Counted from the first letter of the stretch, positions 44,577 through 54,676 are shown. The stretch: DNA of 64,000 bases from a virus (IMGVR_UViG_3300021400_000136:1-64000), one strand, 5' to 3'. Numbers and translations are program-made. The notes: a model not told the origin generated them from the letters alone.

Positions 44577-46532
44577 TTATAATCGGTCTCTGGTAAAGGT
44601 GTAGTACCGACTATTCCGATCTCGGTCCTTAGTTACTTCAATCTCGTCCTTATTCAAAAAAGAATCTGCCAGACTAAAGACCCTGAGTCCTAACTTCCTT
44701 GGGGAGTCGATCCCATCTCCTGCTGTCGAATAGGCCTTTATACAACCGTCGTACAAATCCTTCGCCGATACCTGCCATACTACAGGATCTTGATCTGTTT
44801 CCGCTTCCAACAGATTCATATGGTTCTTTACGTATTTCACCACCGGCTCGCCCTGGTACAACCTATCTTCCTCTGTCTCTCTGACTTCCTTCTCAGATCC
44901 AAGGTTCTCCCAGCGATAGGAGATCTGGTTGAAGGTCATCATGTACGTCTGCTTGTTTATGTCTCGGCCTGTGAGTTCCAGCTTCGCCTCGTCATCATCC
45001 CACTTCTTCTTGGACATACCGAACGCATAGTCGATAGCACCGGACAGACCATTCGTACCACTGATGTTTCCGATCAGGTCGTTTGGATCTATGATCTTTC
45101 TCGTGTGATGGACAAGAAGAATCGAGATATCTCTCTTCAGGGCGAACTTCTGAATCTTACCTGCATCGTTGTAGTCGTTGGAGTACGCGCCCTCTGATCT
45201 TTTGGCAGGTGGCCTGACCTTCTGCAGAGTGTCGATTACGATGAACTTAATCTCCGGGTACATCTTTAGATACGCATCGATCTCATCAAAGAGTCCTTCG
45301 TCCATAGTAGGGCAGTCTTCTTTATGATAGAACCACGCAAGCTCCTTATCCTTACCGGATACCTCATCCAGACGATTCTGGATTCGACGGTCGTTATCTT
45401 CCAGGGCATAGTACAGGACCCCGGACTTAACCGTCTTCTTCCCGAAGAACTCTCGGCCTGTCGCTATAGAGATAGCCAGGTCCAGCGCAAACCACGACTT
45501 ACCAAACTTCGGAGGAGCTACCACCATACCGAGCCCCGTCGTCACCATGTCCTCCACGAGGAAGACAGCTGGCTTAATGTACCTGCTGAGAAGCTGGTTG
45601 CCGTTCTCCAGAGGAGGAGCGAGCTGCTTCTTGGACTCGCCCAGATCTTTGAAGACATCATCAGCCGTGTAAGCACTCTCCGGAATCATCTCACCTTTTT
45701 CGAATTTCTTCGCAGACGTAGCAATTGATCTCAGCTCGTCGTCCCTTAGAGGAGGATCACAATACTTATCATTGAACAGACGGATCGATTCAAGAATGAT
45801 ATCTGTATCTAGTCCAGCCCCGCGAAGCTTTGATGCGTACCGGAACACAGTGAGGTTCCGCATACCCTGTGGGATCTTCCCGTCGTCAGCAAAGGCTATC
45901 GTTGTATCCGATGAAGTTGTGGGGGAGTACTCGACAGGCTTCATCCCGCCTGGATCTATCTCGTCCAGAATTTCATCCGGATCAATAGGAGTATCCCCGC
46001 CTTCCCAGAATGCATAATGCGCATCCCATGAAACGGAAGGCCAGAACATCAGGCGCTCCGGTTGGTCGGTTGTTTCGTCTATAGTATTCGAACCGACCCA
46101 TGATGCAACCACTCCTACCAAAGCTTTGTATTCCTCCGACGTTACAGGCCGGGTAAGTGGGAACAGCCAGCGGAGTCTTGGGTTCTCTTCGGTGCTGGTA
46201 TGGGTGGAGTGACAGAAGAACATCACATGCTCGTTCAGAAACTGGAAGTCCTCTACGTCATGATTGGTTGCATCGTCCGCGTCAATGGTAAGAATGTATC
46301 TGCTCTTCAGCAGTTTCTTCTCGCGCTTGCCGCCCTCGAATTCTCCGGCCACATAGCCACCAACATCTTTTGCTTCCGTGCGATCCTCGTTAGGCATCGC
46401 CCAGTATTCATCGATAGACTCTTCCGTATAGATCGGAGTCTTCAACCGCTTAACCAGATCGGACCAGGTGGTGTTCTTTATTATGCCGTTTGGGTTTCTC
46501 CTACTCGTGAATTCAGTTATTACTATATCCAC
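44577..46532 (-). CDS. Primase-helicase (AEP/VirE-N-like primase + PriCT-1 + AAA_25 helicase)
   Basis: LTIDAD..STHTST..PRLRWLFPL..RLMFWPS; G.RN.TVF.YAS.LR (PriCT); Walker A APPKFGKS, Walker B IVIDTLQK, LLVHHTRK. Confidence 0.85.
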   Translation of the reverse strand: MDIVITEFTSRRNPNGIIKNTTWSDLVKRLKTPIYTEESIDEYWAMPNEDRTEAKDVGGYVAGEFEGGKREKKLLKSRYILTIDADDATNHDVEDFQFLNEHVMFFCHSTHTSTEENPRLRWLFPLTRPVTSEEYKALVGVVASWVGSNTIDETTDQPERLMFWPSVSWDAHYAFWEGGDTPIDPDEILDEIDPGGMKPVEYSPTTSSDTTIAFADDGKIPQGMRNLTVFRYASKLRGAGLDTDIILESIRLFNDKYCDPPLRDDELRSIATSAKKFEKGEMIPESAYTADDVFKDLGESKKQLAPPLENGNQLLSRYIKPAVFLVEDMVTTGLGMVVAPPKFGKSWFALDLAISIATGREFFGKKTVKSGVLYYALEDNDRRIQNRLDEVSGKDKELAWFYHKEDCPTMDEGLFDEIDAYLKMYPEIKFIVIDTLQKVRPPAKRSEGAYSNDYNDAGKIQKFALKRDISILLVHHTRKIIDPNDLIGNISGTNGLSGAIDYAFGMSKKKWDDDEAKLELTGRDINKQTYMMTFNQISYRWENLGSEKEVRETEEDRLYQGEPVVKYVKNHMNLLEAETDQDPVVWQVSAKDLYDGCIKAYSTAGDGIDSPRKLGLRVFSLADSFLNKDEIEVTKDRDRNSRYYTFTRDRL

Positions 46533-46542
46533 GGGGCCTCCT

Positions 46543-46737
46543 TCAGTCCGACTGCATCGTCAAATAGTTTGCAGCGTCCTTGCCGTATTTTGTAGAGATA
46601 CGGTACAGAGACACGAAAGGATTCCAACCACACTCTACACAGTCATGCTTATAACAACCAACACAGCAATTATAAATACAATCTGGAGCGTCATCGTATG
46701 GACCGACCCACACTTCATCAGAAATATTCTGGTCCAT
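46543..46737 (-). CDS. Hypothetical Cys-rich protein
   Basis: C..CCVGC...CVECGWNP; AAGGAG RBS. Confidence 0.55.
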   Translation of the reverse strand: MDQNISDEVWVGPYDDAPDCIYNCCVGCYKHDCVECGWNPFVSLYRISTKYGKDAANYLTMQSD

Positions 46738-47080
46738 GCGGTGCTCCTTTCCCGCCGGAGATCTCGATCCACTTCTGCATATTACGCAGACCTCGTTCCG
46801 CTTTCTCCGCTCGTTTTTTATATTCCATTAAGTCCTCACTTAGCATCTCTGACAGCCGCCTCAGTCTCATAGCCTCACTCATCCACGCATAAATGTTATT
46901 GAGATCCGCTTGCCTGTGCTCTTTCTCTTTATCCTGCTGGGCCTTCAGCTCTGACTCGAGAGCAGCTATCTTTACTTCTCTGTTCCTTACTTGCTCTTCC
47001 AGTTTCTCGACCATCGGTTTGTACTCTTCGACGGTCAGGAACTCTTCGATCTCATCCTGTGTACTTCGGATCTTCGGCAT
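46718..47080 (-). CDS. Hypothetical coiled-coil protein
   Basis: GGAGG RBS; heptad composition. Confidence 0.65.
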   Translation of the reverse strand: MPKIRSTQDEIEEFLTVEEYKPMVEKLEEQVRNREVKIAALESELKAQQDKEKEHRQADLNNIYAWMSEAMRLRRLSEMLSEDLMEYKKRAEKAERGLRNMQKWIEISGGKGAPHGPEYF

Positions 47081-47411
47081 CCCTCACCCTCCAGTACTCA
47101 TCCAGCAGCTCTTGAAGATAATGTGCCGCCGTACCCGGAGCATAGGTAACTATGTCAGCCAGATAACTCCCTCTGGGTATCCAGTGTATATCATCCCCGT
47201 CCTTTGAATAGATGTGCGCGCCAGCAATAAACGGATAGAACATAACCAGATCGGAGGGCTTCTCAATTTGAACAGGACGATCATCCCCACCATACGAATA
47301 AAAGATCTCTGAGCCTAAACGCTTGTAGCATTCATACGGAGTCTCACCCGGCTCACAGGCGATCATACCGAACCAATCGTATAGATCACATTTTCCGGAA
47401 AACTTACTCAT
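47052..47411 (-). CDS. Hypothetical protein
   Basis: MSKFSGKCDLYD motif seen in phage accessory proteins. Confidence 0.65.
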   Translation of the reverse strand: MSKFSGKCDLYDWFGMIACEPGETPYECYKRLGSEIFYSYGGDDRPVQIEKPSDLVMFYPFIAGAHIYSKDGDDIHWIPRGSYLADIVTYAPGTAAHYLQELLDEYWRVRDAEDPKYTG

Positions 47412-47562
47412 ACTTCTCCAGCTCCTCTGCTATTGCTTTCGGCACATCCTTCCTACGGATTCCGCGCCGTACCTCTTTACCATCAATCAGTAGGCGGAAC
47501 TTATCTCCAGGTTCTGGCAGAAGCTCCAGCTTACCGTAGCTCATGTAATGAGGCTCACTCAT
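47404..47562 (-). CDS. Hypothetical protein
   Basis: Internal ATG overlapping the upstream stop. Confidence 0.5.
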   Translation of the reverse strand: MSEPHYMSYGKLELLPEPGDKFRLLIDGKEVRRGIRRKDVPKAIAEELEKYE

Positions 47563-47866
47563 CGGCAGGAACCTCTTCTGTATTTTCCAGTGCACTGATC
47601 TCGATCTCCCCTCCGCAAGCTGCATACCCTGCGAGGTCAATCCAGTTGTCAGCTTTAGCATGGCCGGATGCGATACGGATGATCTTCAGCATGGCAAGCA
47701 TGGCAGCAACGTCTTTAGCATCCAAAAGTCTATGCCCAGTTCTTGCAATGTAGATGTTCCACATAGCAGCGATGGAAAGAAAATTTGTTTCCGGAGTACC
47801 ATAGTCTTGCTCACGATCACCGTTCACACACTGTAGTGCTCGGCCGAGTATCTCTTGTCTTGTCAT
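47555..47866 (-). CDS. DUF6378-like protein (dimeric dUTPase/MazG-like fold)
   Basis: L..A...VNGDREQDYG.PE.NF..IA.MW..LKI.R....H..DNW.DLAGYAA. Confidence 0.8.
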   Translation of the reverse strand: MTRQEILGRALQCVNGDREQDYGTPETNFLSIAAMWNIYIARTGHRLLDAKDVAAMLAMLKIIRIASGHAKADNWIDLAGYAACGGEIEISALENTEEVPADE

Positions 47867-48330
47867 TTGTTCATTACCTCTTCTTTATATTTTCCAGTTT
47901 CATTCACCCAGGTAGCACATGCTTCGAGGGCTTTGTTATGGTCGTAGAATAACTTCCGCTGGGAGAGTTCCTGCTTATCCCGCAGTATCAGAAGGATCAT
48001 ATCCCAGCTCGTACCCATGATGTATCTTCGCCAGAGGATGTCCTTATAATACAGATCGATCTCCGCGTCTCTTATGAATGACTTAATTATTTCCCGTTTC
48101 TTCTCAACGATCTCTTCCCATCTATGAAGACTGGTCTCGGCATCCCCAAGATTTGCGAGCGTCGCATTCCGATCAGATCCTCCACCACCCGGCATCCCTG
48201 TTATTGCGGTTGTGGTTTTCGTAGCAGCCTCATACATCGACAGGTATTTATTCCGCTGGTCCTCCGAAAGGGAGGAGAAGAGAAGAGCGGATTCGAGGAA
48301 GGACTTTACAGCTTCTGTATTAACTCCCAT
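47863..48330 (-). CDS. Putative late transcription activator (ArpU/RinA/DUF1492-like)
   Basis: TAITGMPGGGG..IL..RYI.G.SW..I....S.R..F..H..AL sigma-region-4-like pattern. Confidence 0.65.
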   Translation of the reverse strand: MGVNTEAVKSFLESALLFSSLSEDQRNKYLSMYEAATKTTTAITGMPGGGGSDRNATLANLGDAETSLHRWEEIVEKKREIIKSFIRDAEIDLYYKDILWRRYIMGTSWDMILLILRDKQELSQRKLFYDHNKALEACATWVNETGKYKEEVMNK

Positions 48331-48797
48331 AAATGGCGTTCTCCTTCTTCACCCCAGAAATGAAATGCGCGGTCATCAATAAACAGATGGGCAATTACCT
48401 TGCGAGGATTCTGCCCCGTATTCTGTATAGTTTCCGGGACATTATCATTGACTGCATCAAACTCAAGACCGTAGTCCTTGCACCACTCGACCGCCTCGTC
48501 AAGGTAGTGCCCCTCTCTACTTGTCCACAGGATAAGCTTGACCCCCATGGTGTGGGCCAACTTCAGCAGCTCAATTAGGTTGACATTCGGTTTCCCAATA
48601 TTCGGCCAAACCCCTCCAGTAGTAAGCGTCCCGTCGAAGTCGATCGCCCAGATCTGGGTTTTCTTCTCCACCTTTTTTTCCTTTTCTTTTTCGCGCTTTT
48701 CTTTTTGTTTCTGTGCCTGGGCCATTAGCTTTAGCCCCTGGATCACCGCTGGGTTCGTTGCATTTATCTGAATCTTCGGCTGCTTTATCTTTTGCAT
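48306..48797 (-). CDS. HAD-superfamily phosphatase
   Basis: IDFDGTL (DxD), LILWTSR, FDAVNDN, RKVIAHLFIDDR. Confidence 0.8.
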   Translation of the reverse strand: MQKIKQPKIQINATNPAVIQGLKLMAQAQKQKEKREKEKEKKVEKKTQIWAIDFDGTLTTGGVWPNIGKPNVNLIELLKLAHTMGVKLILWTSREGHYLDEAVEWCKDYGLEFDAVNDNVPETIQNTGQNPRKVIAHLFIDDRAFHFWGEEGERHLWELIQKL

Positions 48798-49002
48798 TCT
48801 GCGTCTCCTTATAGTCGTTGTGGTACCAGTCGAGGATATCCTTATCTTTCAGACTGTGGAACCAGTAAAGAACAGCTTCGTCTTCCGTATAGAACCTGGG
48901 GTAGTCGTCCATGTACATAGCCATTGCCACCCACTCGGGACCGAAGCCATACTCTACCGGATTGGAGCCATTATGTTTCTCGTACAGCTTCAGATCTATC
49001 AT
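48571..49002 (-). CDS. Hypothetical protein with long 3' overlap into the HAD gene
   Basis: First ~70 aa look coding; the rest overlaps 48306..48797 in another frame. Confidence 0.45.
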   Translation of the reverse strand: MIDLKLYEKHNGSNPVEYGFGPEWVAMAMYMDDYPRFYTEDEAVLYWFHSLKDKDILDWYHNDYKETQNAKDKAAEDSDKCNEPSGDPGAKANGPGTETKRKARKRKGKKGGEENPDLGDRLRRDAYYWRGLAEYWETECQPN

Positions 49003-49370
49003 GCGTCCACCTGCATCATCAGCTTGAGAAGATTGTCCTGCAGCTCTTGGATCTCATCACGCATGTTGATCCAGCTATCAGAACGCTCATCATATCTGAG
49101 GCAGTCCCCGGGAATAAAGTAGCCTGGTGTATCATAGCCACCTTCCCTCTGTACATATTCAAAGTACTTCTCCGCTCTATCCGGATCACTGATGAACATA
49201 TACGTCGCATGTTCAAATGCTTCGAGTCCACCCTGGTTACATTTTTCGAATGTGTAGGTGAACATATCCACACCGTCGATGCATCTCAGCTGTTCCTCAT
49301 ATTCGAGGCATTCTTCCTCGGTCTCGAACTCTTCGCCGTCGTCTGCGATATAAATGTTTTTAATCGTCAT
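48999..49370 (-). CDS. Hypothetical protein
   Basis: YIADDGEEFETEEECLEYE motif; AGAGG RBS. Confidence 0.7.
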   Translation of the reverse strand: MTIKNIYIADDGEEFETEEECLEYEEQLRCIDGVDMFTYTFEKCNQGGLEAFEHATYMFISDPDRAEKYFEYVQREGGYDTPGYFIPGDCLRYDERSDSWINMRDEIQELQDNLLKLMMQVDA

Positions 49371-50742
49371 GTTTAATGTACCTCTTTAGCGCATCTAATA
49401 ATGATTTCTGTGTTGCGTTCTTACTCTGTAGTACTTTCAGCACCTTCTCATCCAGCGTACCCTCACAGATAATGTGATGGACAATAACCGGATGCTCCTG
49501 CCCCTGCCGATGCAGACGGGCGATAGACTGCTGATAATTTTCCAATGAATAGGGGAGGCCGAACCACACCATGATATGTGATCCTTCCTGCAGGTTGATA
49601 CCATAACCTGCAGAAGCCGGATGGCAGAGTAACATTGGTATCTCTCCGTTGTTCCATCTCTGGATATCCGCGCTGTCTTTCAGCACAACTGCTTCCGGGT
49701 GTCGCGCCTTTATCCTGTCTACGTCATGCTTATAACTGTAGAACACAAGGATCGGTTGCCCCTGGGAGGACTCGACTATTTCATCGAGCGCATCCAGCTT
49801 CTGATCGTGGAGGTGAAAGACCCCTCCGTTGTCATCGTAGACTGCTCCGTTTGCCATTTGTAATAACTTCCCGGAGAGCGTTGCTGCTGTCTCCCCAACA
49901 ACTGCGGAGTCCATGGTATCAATTGATCCAAGCTTGCTTTCGAGAAGAGGCAGGACTTTATCAACTTCGAACTGCTCATATACTTTCCGTTCTTTCTTCG
50001 TCATCTTAACTCGGACTTCATTAAAGATAAGCGGTGGTATCTGCAGCCAATCTTCTTTACTCATGGATAGACAGATGTCCGAGAGTCTTCTGTCTATCTT
50101 TTCTTTTGCTCCGGTTCTCAACTTGTACTCGTATACGATGAACCCGTTGTGAGCACCGGCATAAAAGAACTCCTGCCGATACGAACCGATAAACTTACCC
50201 AGTCGCTCGCCATTATCGATCAGATAAATCTGAGCCCATAGGTCCATATATCCGTTCGATGCCGGTGTACCGGTCAGACCCCAGACGTAATCGCACTGCT
50301 TGATCACTCGCTTGAGCATCTTGAATCTCTTGGCTTGTGGGGATTTGAAACTGGACAGCTCATCTATGATAACCATATCGAATGGCCAGATCCCGTTCGT
50401 ATATTCCACAAGCCACTGGACATTCTCCCGGTTGATAACATAGATATCTGCTTCAGCCTCCAGGGCTGCTATCCTGTCTGACTTGGAACCGAGTACTTTG
50501 CTTACCCGGAGGTCATGTAGGTGATCCCATTTTTTCTGTTCAGCTGACCAAGTGGACTCGGCCACTCGCTTCGGAGCTATGACCAGAACCTTTTCAACTC
50601 TGTAGTCATCGATCAGTTCCTTCGCTACAGTTAATGAAGTGACCGTCTTCCCCAGTCCCATGTCCAGGAAGAGAGCACAGTGGGAATGGGTACGGAGGAA
50701 GTCCATTGCTATGATCTGGTATGGCTTAGGCTTGAATTCCAT
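49360..50742 (-). CDS. SNF2-family DEAD/DEAH helicase
   Basis: LFLDMGLGKT, DMVIIDELS, GLTGTP, SAGYGINLQ, Q..ARLHRQGQ. Confidence 0.92.
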   Translation of the reverse strand: MEFKPKPYQIIAMDFLRTHSHCALFLDMGLGKTVTSLTVAKELIDDYRVEKVLVIAPKRVAESTWSAEQKKWDHLHDLRVSKVLGSKSDRIAALEAEADIYVINRENVQWLVEYTNGIWPFDMVIIDELSSFKSPQAKRFKMLKRVIKQCDYVWGLTGTPASNGYMDLWAQIYLIDNGERLGKFIGSYRQEFFYAGAHNGFIVYEYKLRTGAKEKIDRRLSDICLSMSKEDWLQIPPLIFNEVRVKMTKKERKVYEQFEVDKVLPLLESKLGSIDTMDSAVVGETAATLSGKLLQMANGAVYDDNGGVFHLHDQKLDALDEIVESSQGQPILVFYSYKHDVDRIKARHPEAVVLKDSADIQRWNNGEIPMLLCHPASAGYGINLQEGSHIMVWFGLPYSLENYQQSIARLHRQGQEHPVIVHHIICEGTLDEKVLKVLQSKNATQKSLLDALKRYIKHDD

Positions 50743-51127
50743 ACAGCTTATTCATTCTTTCCTTTACCTCGGCCACAAGTTGCTCCCGGATAGGTATAGG
50801 AGTTCTCCGCAAAACAGGGAGGCCTAACCTTATTCTGGCTTGACATACTGAGTGAGGATGATATTTCGAGTGACTTGCTATGTCGTCATCGTCCTTCGAC
50901 GTAACATAGTACTGCAGTACTACATTCTCCACACCGGATAGTCCCTTCTTCGGTCTGCCTCCATGGTTCTGCCTCGTCGTCCTCTCACCGCTAGGAGTGC
51001 TGCGTTTGCCCTTGCTGTCAATGCAGTTAACACAACGGGGGAACGGACAATTCAGACACATGTTGATCATGTTCAGATCGTCTCCAACAAGTTCCTGATG
51101 AAACGCAGAACTTTTTTTCTTTTTCAT
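50726..51127 (-). CDS. Hypothetical protein (Cys cluster + possible HTH)
   Basis: CLNCPFPRCVNC; operon packing. Confidence 0.55.
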   Translation of the reverse strand: MKKKKSSAFHQELVGDDLNMINMCLNCPFPRCVNCIDSKGKRSTPSGERTTRQNHGGRPKKGLSGVENVVLQYYVTSKDDDDIASHSKYHPHSVCQARIRLGLPVLRRTPIPIREQLVAEVKERMNKLYGIQA

Positions 51128-51295
51128 TTAGTCGTCTCCTCTTACCTTATAAACATCCATCGCATACAACAGACAAAGATCAGAGCAGTAATAAACATTG
51201 TTATCCATCTCGTAGCGATCATCGTAGGACCAGATCTCCTGGCCGCATACGTCGCAATGTCCTACAAGATAGGGACCTTCTGGATCTATTGTCAT
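51128..51295 (-). CDS. Small zinc-binding protein (55 aa; missed by ORF track)
   Basis: MTIDPEGPYLVGHCDVCGQEIW..YYCSDLC; overlaps the upstream stop. Confidence 0.55.
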   Translation of the reverse strand: MTIDPEGPYLVGHCDVCGQEIWSYDDRYEMDNNVYYCSDLCLLYAMDVYKVRGDD

Positions 51296-52002
51296 GGCTC
51301 TAACCCTCTATTACATAAGCTGTTTGTTTTGTTTTTCATCTGGTCCTTTAGAGGTATCCAAGTACAATTCTCTGGGCAGTAATTTCCATAGACATTTAGG
51401 CGCTCAATTGTCAGTCCTTTACGATAACCGTTATTCAACGCCCACTCTCTGAAGGCCGGATAATCCAGCCACTCTTCGCATACCGTTATTCCTTTTGCAC
51501 CGTACCATTTATAATCGCGGCTGTTTGAGTTCAAGCACCGCTGCTTCAATGTTCTATGAACGTTGTATAAGTCCTCTCCGCAGAAGCCGTGCTTGGTTGC
51601 TTTCTCTCTATTCACATCGGCCGATAAACATCCGCAGCTCTGCGTAGTTTCTTCGCGCAGCCCTCGGTAAGGAATCCATTTCTCTTTCCCGCAATCGCAA
51701 TGACAAAAGCATCGAATGGATTTGCCCTTATATTCTTGGGATAAAACAGTAAGCCGACCTATCTTCTTCCCTACAAGGTTCTGTGCTTTAGCGTGTAGTT
51801 CGTCAATATGCAGACAGCCACAACTGCGAGTATCCCCGCTTAACAAATTTCCACTCGTAATAACTTTCTGATTTCCACAATCACACTGGCAAAGCCACCT
51901 AGCCTTTCCGGCTTTTGTGTTTTCAGCTGGAGCAATTACTACAAGCCTACCGAACCTTTGTCCCATTAAGTTCTTTCTGTTCCAAGCAGCCATATAAATC
52001 AA
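51292..52002 (-). CDS. Free-standing HNH/AP2-associated homing endonuclease-like protein
   Basis: Two NL.G.RFGRL.V..WLC.CDCG..SCGC repeats; YGAKGITVCEEW..F..WA..TIERLNVYGNYCPENC.W. Confidence 0.8.
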   Translation of the reverse strand: MIYMAAWNRKNLMGQRFGRLVVIAPAENTKAGKARWLCQCDCGNQKVITSGNLLSGDTRSCGCLHIDELHAKAQNLVGKKIGRLTVLSQEYKGKSIRCFCHCDCGKEKWIPYRGLREETTQSCGCLSADVNREKATKHGFCGEDLYNVHRTLKQRCLNSNSRDYKWYGAKGITVCEEWLDYPAFREWALNNGYRKGLTIERLNVYGNYCPENCTWIPLKDQMKNKTNSLCNRGLEP

Positions 52003-54335
52003 TCCTTTTTATAGAACATAGTTTCAAAACCATCGGCATTAAGCGGGAGGCCTTCCATCCACGGAGCGCCTTTGCACATCAACCGGATGGCTTCTTCCAA
52101 AGAGCCATGGTCAAAGGGATCTGTGATAATAACCTCATCATGTACAGTAGCCCGGACATCGTATCCGGCTTTGTCCAGATTGAAGAGTGCTTCCTTGAGG
52201 CAGTCTCTTGCGGTGGCCTGGATGAGATTTTCTGTCAGTTTCCCGCCGAATGTCTCTGTACGCTCCCACTTACGTGTCGTCTGGTTCATACTCATGTAGG
52301 TCATCGACGGACGGCCCCATCGGTCCTGGCCCATAGCCGCTCCCCAATAGGCTATCCGTCTTCCAGATGGGAGAGTCATCCACATCACCCCGTCTTCCAT
52401 GTCAAATCGGATGTGACCGACAGTGGAGATCGTAGGTCTACCTTTTTTAATACACCGGATGGCAGCGTCCTCTAAGGATTTCCATAGTGCGGTAATATGC
52501 GGTGAAGCTTCTCTCCACTTGGATACCAGATCGGACATTTCTTCTTCGGACATGCCCATGCGGTCTGCCCCAAAATTCTTCATCGCTCCTACGCCACCGC
52601 CGTATCCGCAATTGTGGACGAGCTTTCCAGATACAGTGTAACGATGGTTCGGTCCGGCATTTAAGATGTCATACACCTTTACTTTGTTCTCAAGACACCG
52701 AACTTCCGGACCACGAGCCGCTGGGTACTTACCATCTCGTAAAACCCAACCGCCTATTGCCGCCCAACCAAATGGGGCTGCCTCGTCTGTAGCAGTAAGA
52801 AATACTGGATGATCTGGCGTTGCCATTAATCCTTGATACGCAATAACGAACTTCTCGCCTTGAAACACAACCCCATCATGGCTTACAAAGGACTCACCAT
52901 CCCAGACTTTCATCTCGGTAGTAACATCTTGAATAGGAACGAGGCCATGATCGGTAAGAACAAGCTGGTCTTCAGCTATACAAGCAAGTTCAATGATCTT
53001 ACCCTTTGCTCTGAGTTCGCCGTTCACACCATGCTTCACAACGGGAACTTTAAATGCACGGCTGGCTGACGCGCAGTAGATATCCTCGCCATTGGCAAAA
53101 GCTTTGATCCGCCACTCCTCATTAGCTATCCAGGCGATAACTCTCGCTTCGATAGCACTGAAGTCCGCCACAATCAATCGGCTATTCTCTTCCGGTATTA
53201 TCATGGTACGGATCAATGCGCTCAACGCACTCTGGACTTTCGGATACATACATTCAAAGTCTTCCTCATCTCCGAGCATCGCCCACATCCGGGCATCATC
53301 CAGATCCGGAAGAGAGTCATGCGGTAGGTTCTGAAGCTGCACTAATCTTCCTGCCCACCGCCCAGTTGACGCTCCATAGAATTGGAATGTTCCGCGGACA
53401 TGATTATCTTTACAGCACGAACGGAGGAAGGCCTCATACTTTTTATTACTACTCTTGGAAAACTCTTCCCTTAATTTGAGGACTTCCTTTGTCTGGTCAT
53501 CAGACAGGGAAGCGTACACATCAGCAATGGCTTTCTTATTTAAGGAAAGAACTTCGATCCCTTCCTGCTCTTCCAACCAGGATTTAATTTGTGCGGTAGA
53601 GTTAGGATTCTCCAGTCCGGTCAGTTGTTTGCAATGTTCAATCAACTCCTCACGATACTGGTTGCCAATCTTGATAGCGTTCTCGGCTAACCTCGGTTCG
53701 ATGCGGACACCCTTGTCGTTCATCCGCTGATCGAGACACCAGAGCTTTTGTTCTGAGAAGTCCGGCCTCCATTTCAACAGACGCTGGCGGATTGTATTCT
53801 CCGTCTCGACATCTCGTCTGTTGTACTCGATGAATGTTGCCCACTTCTCTGGTGCATCCTCCGGTCGGTTCCGAGTTCTGCCACCATTAGTTTTAGTAGG
53901 ACGGCATGGCTGACAGAAGTACCGAATAAGCTCTTTGCCTTCCTTCATCTTCGCCTTGTCTTCTGGAAGCTCCAGTGCTGCACCGACTCCGGCGAGGGAG
54001 AGGGGAAGACCACAGGACGCAGAGAGGATCATGGTGCAGCTCCATTGCTCCGGTTCACAGTACCGACCGAACCACTTAGTCAGACATGTCCTCTCAAAAT
54101 TCGCATTGAACGCTGTCTTCTCGACAGCAGGATCATAAAGCCAGTCAACTATCTCAGTAGGGATCTCCTCACCCTGGGCCAGATCGATTACTTCTACCGG
54201 GCCATAGTCCAGACTGTAGGCAAAGAGCAGGATCTCGAAGTCGTCGGATTCGGTGTAGCGATATACACCGCACTTACCAATGTCCACGGAGGAGTAGGTT
54301 TCGAGGTCCGCTGAAAGAGTATGTGGCTTATTCAT
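51999..54335 (-). CDS. DNA polymerase family A (phage type) containing a mini-intein
   Basis: ADLETYS and AFNANFER (exonuclease); TGRWAGRLVQLQNLP; ADFSAIEARV; K..ELACGYGG after splicing; ATVHDEVI. Confidence 0.93.
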   Translation of the reverse strand: MNKPHTLSADLETYSSVDIGKCGVYRYTESDDFEILLFAYSLDYGPVEVIDLAQGEEIPTEIVDWLYDPAVEKTAFNANFERTCLTKWFGRYCEPEQWSCTMILSASCGLPLSLAGVGAALELPEDKAKMKEGKELIRYFCQPCRPTKTNGGRTRNRPEDAPEKWATFIEYNRRDVETENTIRQRLLKWRPDFSEQKLWCLDQRMNDKGVRIEPRLAENAIKIGNQYREELIEHCKQLTGLENPNSTAQIKSWLEEQEGIEVLSLNKKAIADVYASLSDDQTKEVLKLREEFSKSSNKKYEAFLRSCCKDNHVRGTFQFYGASTGRWAGRLVQLQNLPHDSLPDLDDARMWAMLGDEEDFECMYPKVQSALSALIRTMIIPEENSRLIVADFSAIEARVIAWIANEEWRIKAFANGEDIYCASASRAFKVPVVKHGVNGELRAKGKIIELACIAEDQLVLTDHGLVPIQDVTTEMKVWDGESFVSHDGVVFQGEKFVIAYQGLMATPDHPVFLTATDEAAPFGWAAIGGWVLRDGKYPAARGPEVRCLENKVKVYDILNAGPNHRYTVSGKLVHNCGYGGGVGAMKNFGADRMGMSEEEMSDLVSKWREASPHITALWKSLEDAAIRCIKKGRPTISTVGHIRFDMEDGVMWMTLPSGRRIAYWGAAMGQDRWGRPSMTYMSMNQTTRKWERTETFGGKLTENLIQATARDCLKEALFNLDKAGYDVRATVHDEVIITDPFDHGSLEEAIRLMCKGAPWMEGLPLNADGFETMFYKKD
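52611..52982 (-). mobile_element. Mini-intein (124 aa, no endonuclease) in DNA polymerase motif B
   Basis: Starts CIAEDQLVLT, has block B ATPDHPV, ends VYDI..GKLVHN followed by +1 Cys. Flanks rejoin as ELA-CGYGG. Confidence 0.92.
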
Positions 54336-54676
54336 ATCGCCTCTGCCTTCTTGAAGACTTCCAACATCTTCGGAAACTGGAGAGCGACCCAGTCTATCTC
54401 GGCCTCATCATGACCGTAGGAAGTGTGATACATACTCTGAGCTAAGCCACTCTCATAGAGGAAAGCGTGAATGATCTCATGCCGCTTAACCTCTTTCAAA
54501 TAGGAACTGTAGTCCTTCAGATCATCGACCTCACCGAAAGCATCATCGGGGATAAAGATCGTCTTGATAGATCTGTCAGTGTACCCATCCACCTGCTCAA
54601 ACATCGGATCGGATAGCCTGGGGACTATCTTCATCTTCCACTTGCTGCCTAAGATATTCAGATTGTAGGTCTTCAA
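54332..54676 (-). CDS. HExxH metallopeptidase-like phage protein
   Basis: RHEIIHAFLYESGL..E..DW.A.QFPK; probable TTG start with GGAGG RBS. Confidence 0.7.
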   Translation of the reverse strand: MKTYNLNILGSKWKMKIVPRLSDPMFEQVDGYTDRSIKTIFIPDDAFGEVDDLKDYSSYLKEVKRHEIIHAFLYESGLAQSMYHTSYGHDEAEIDWVALQFPKMLEVFKKAEAI

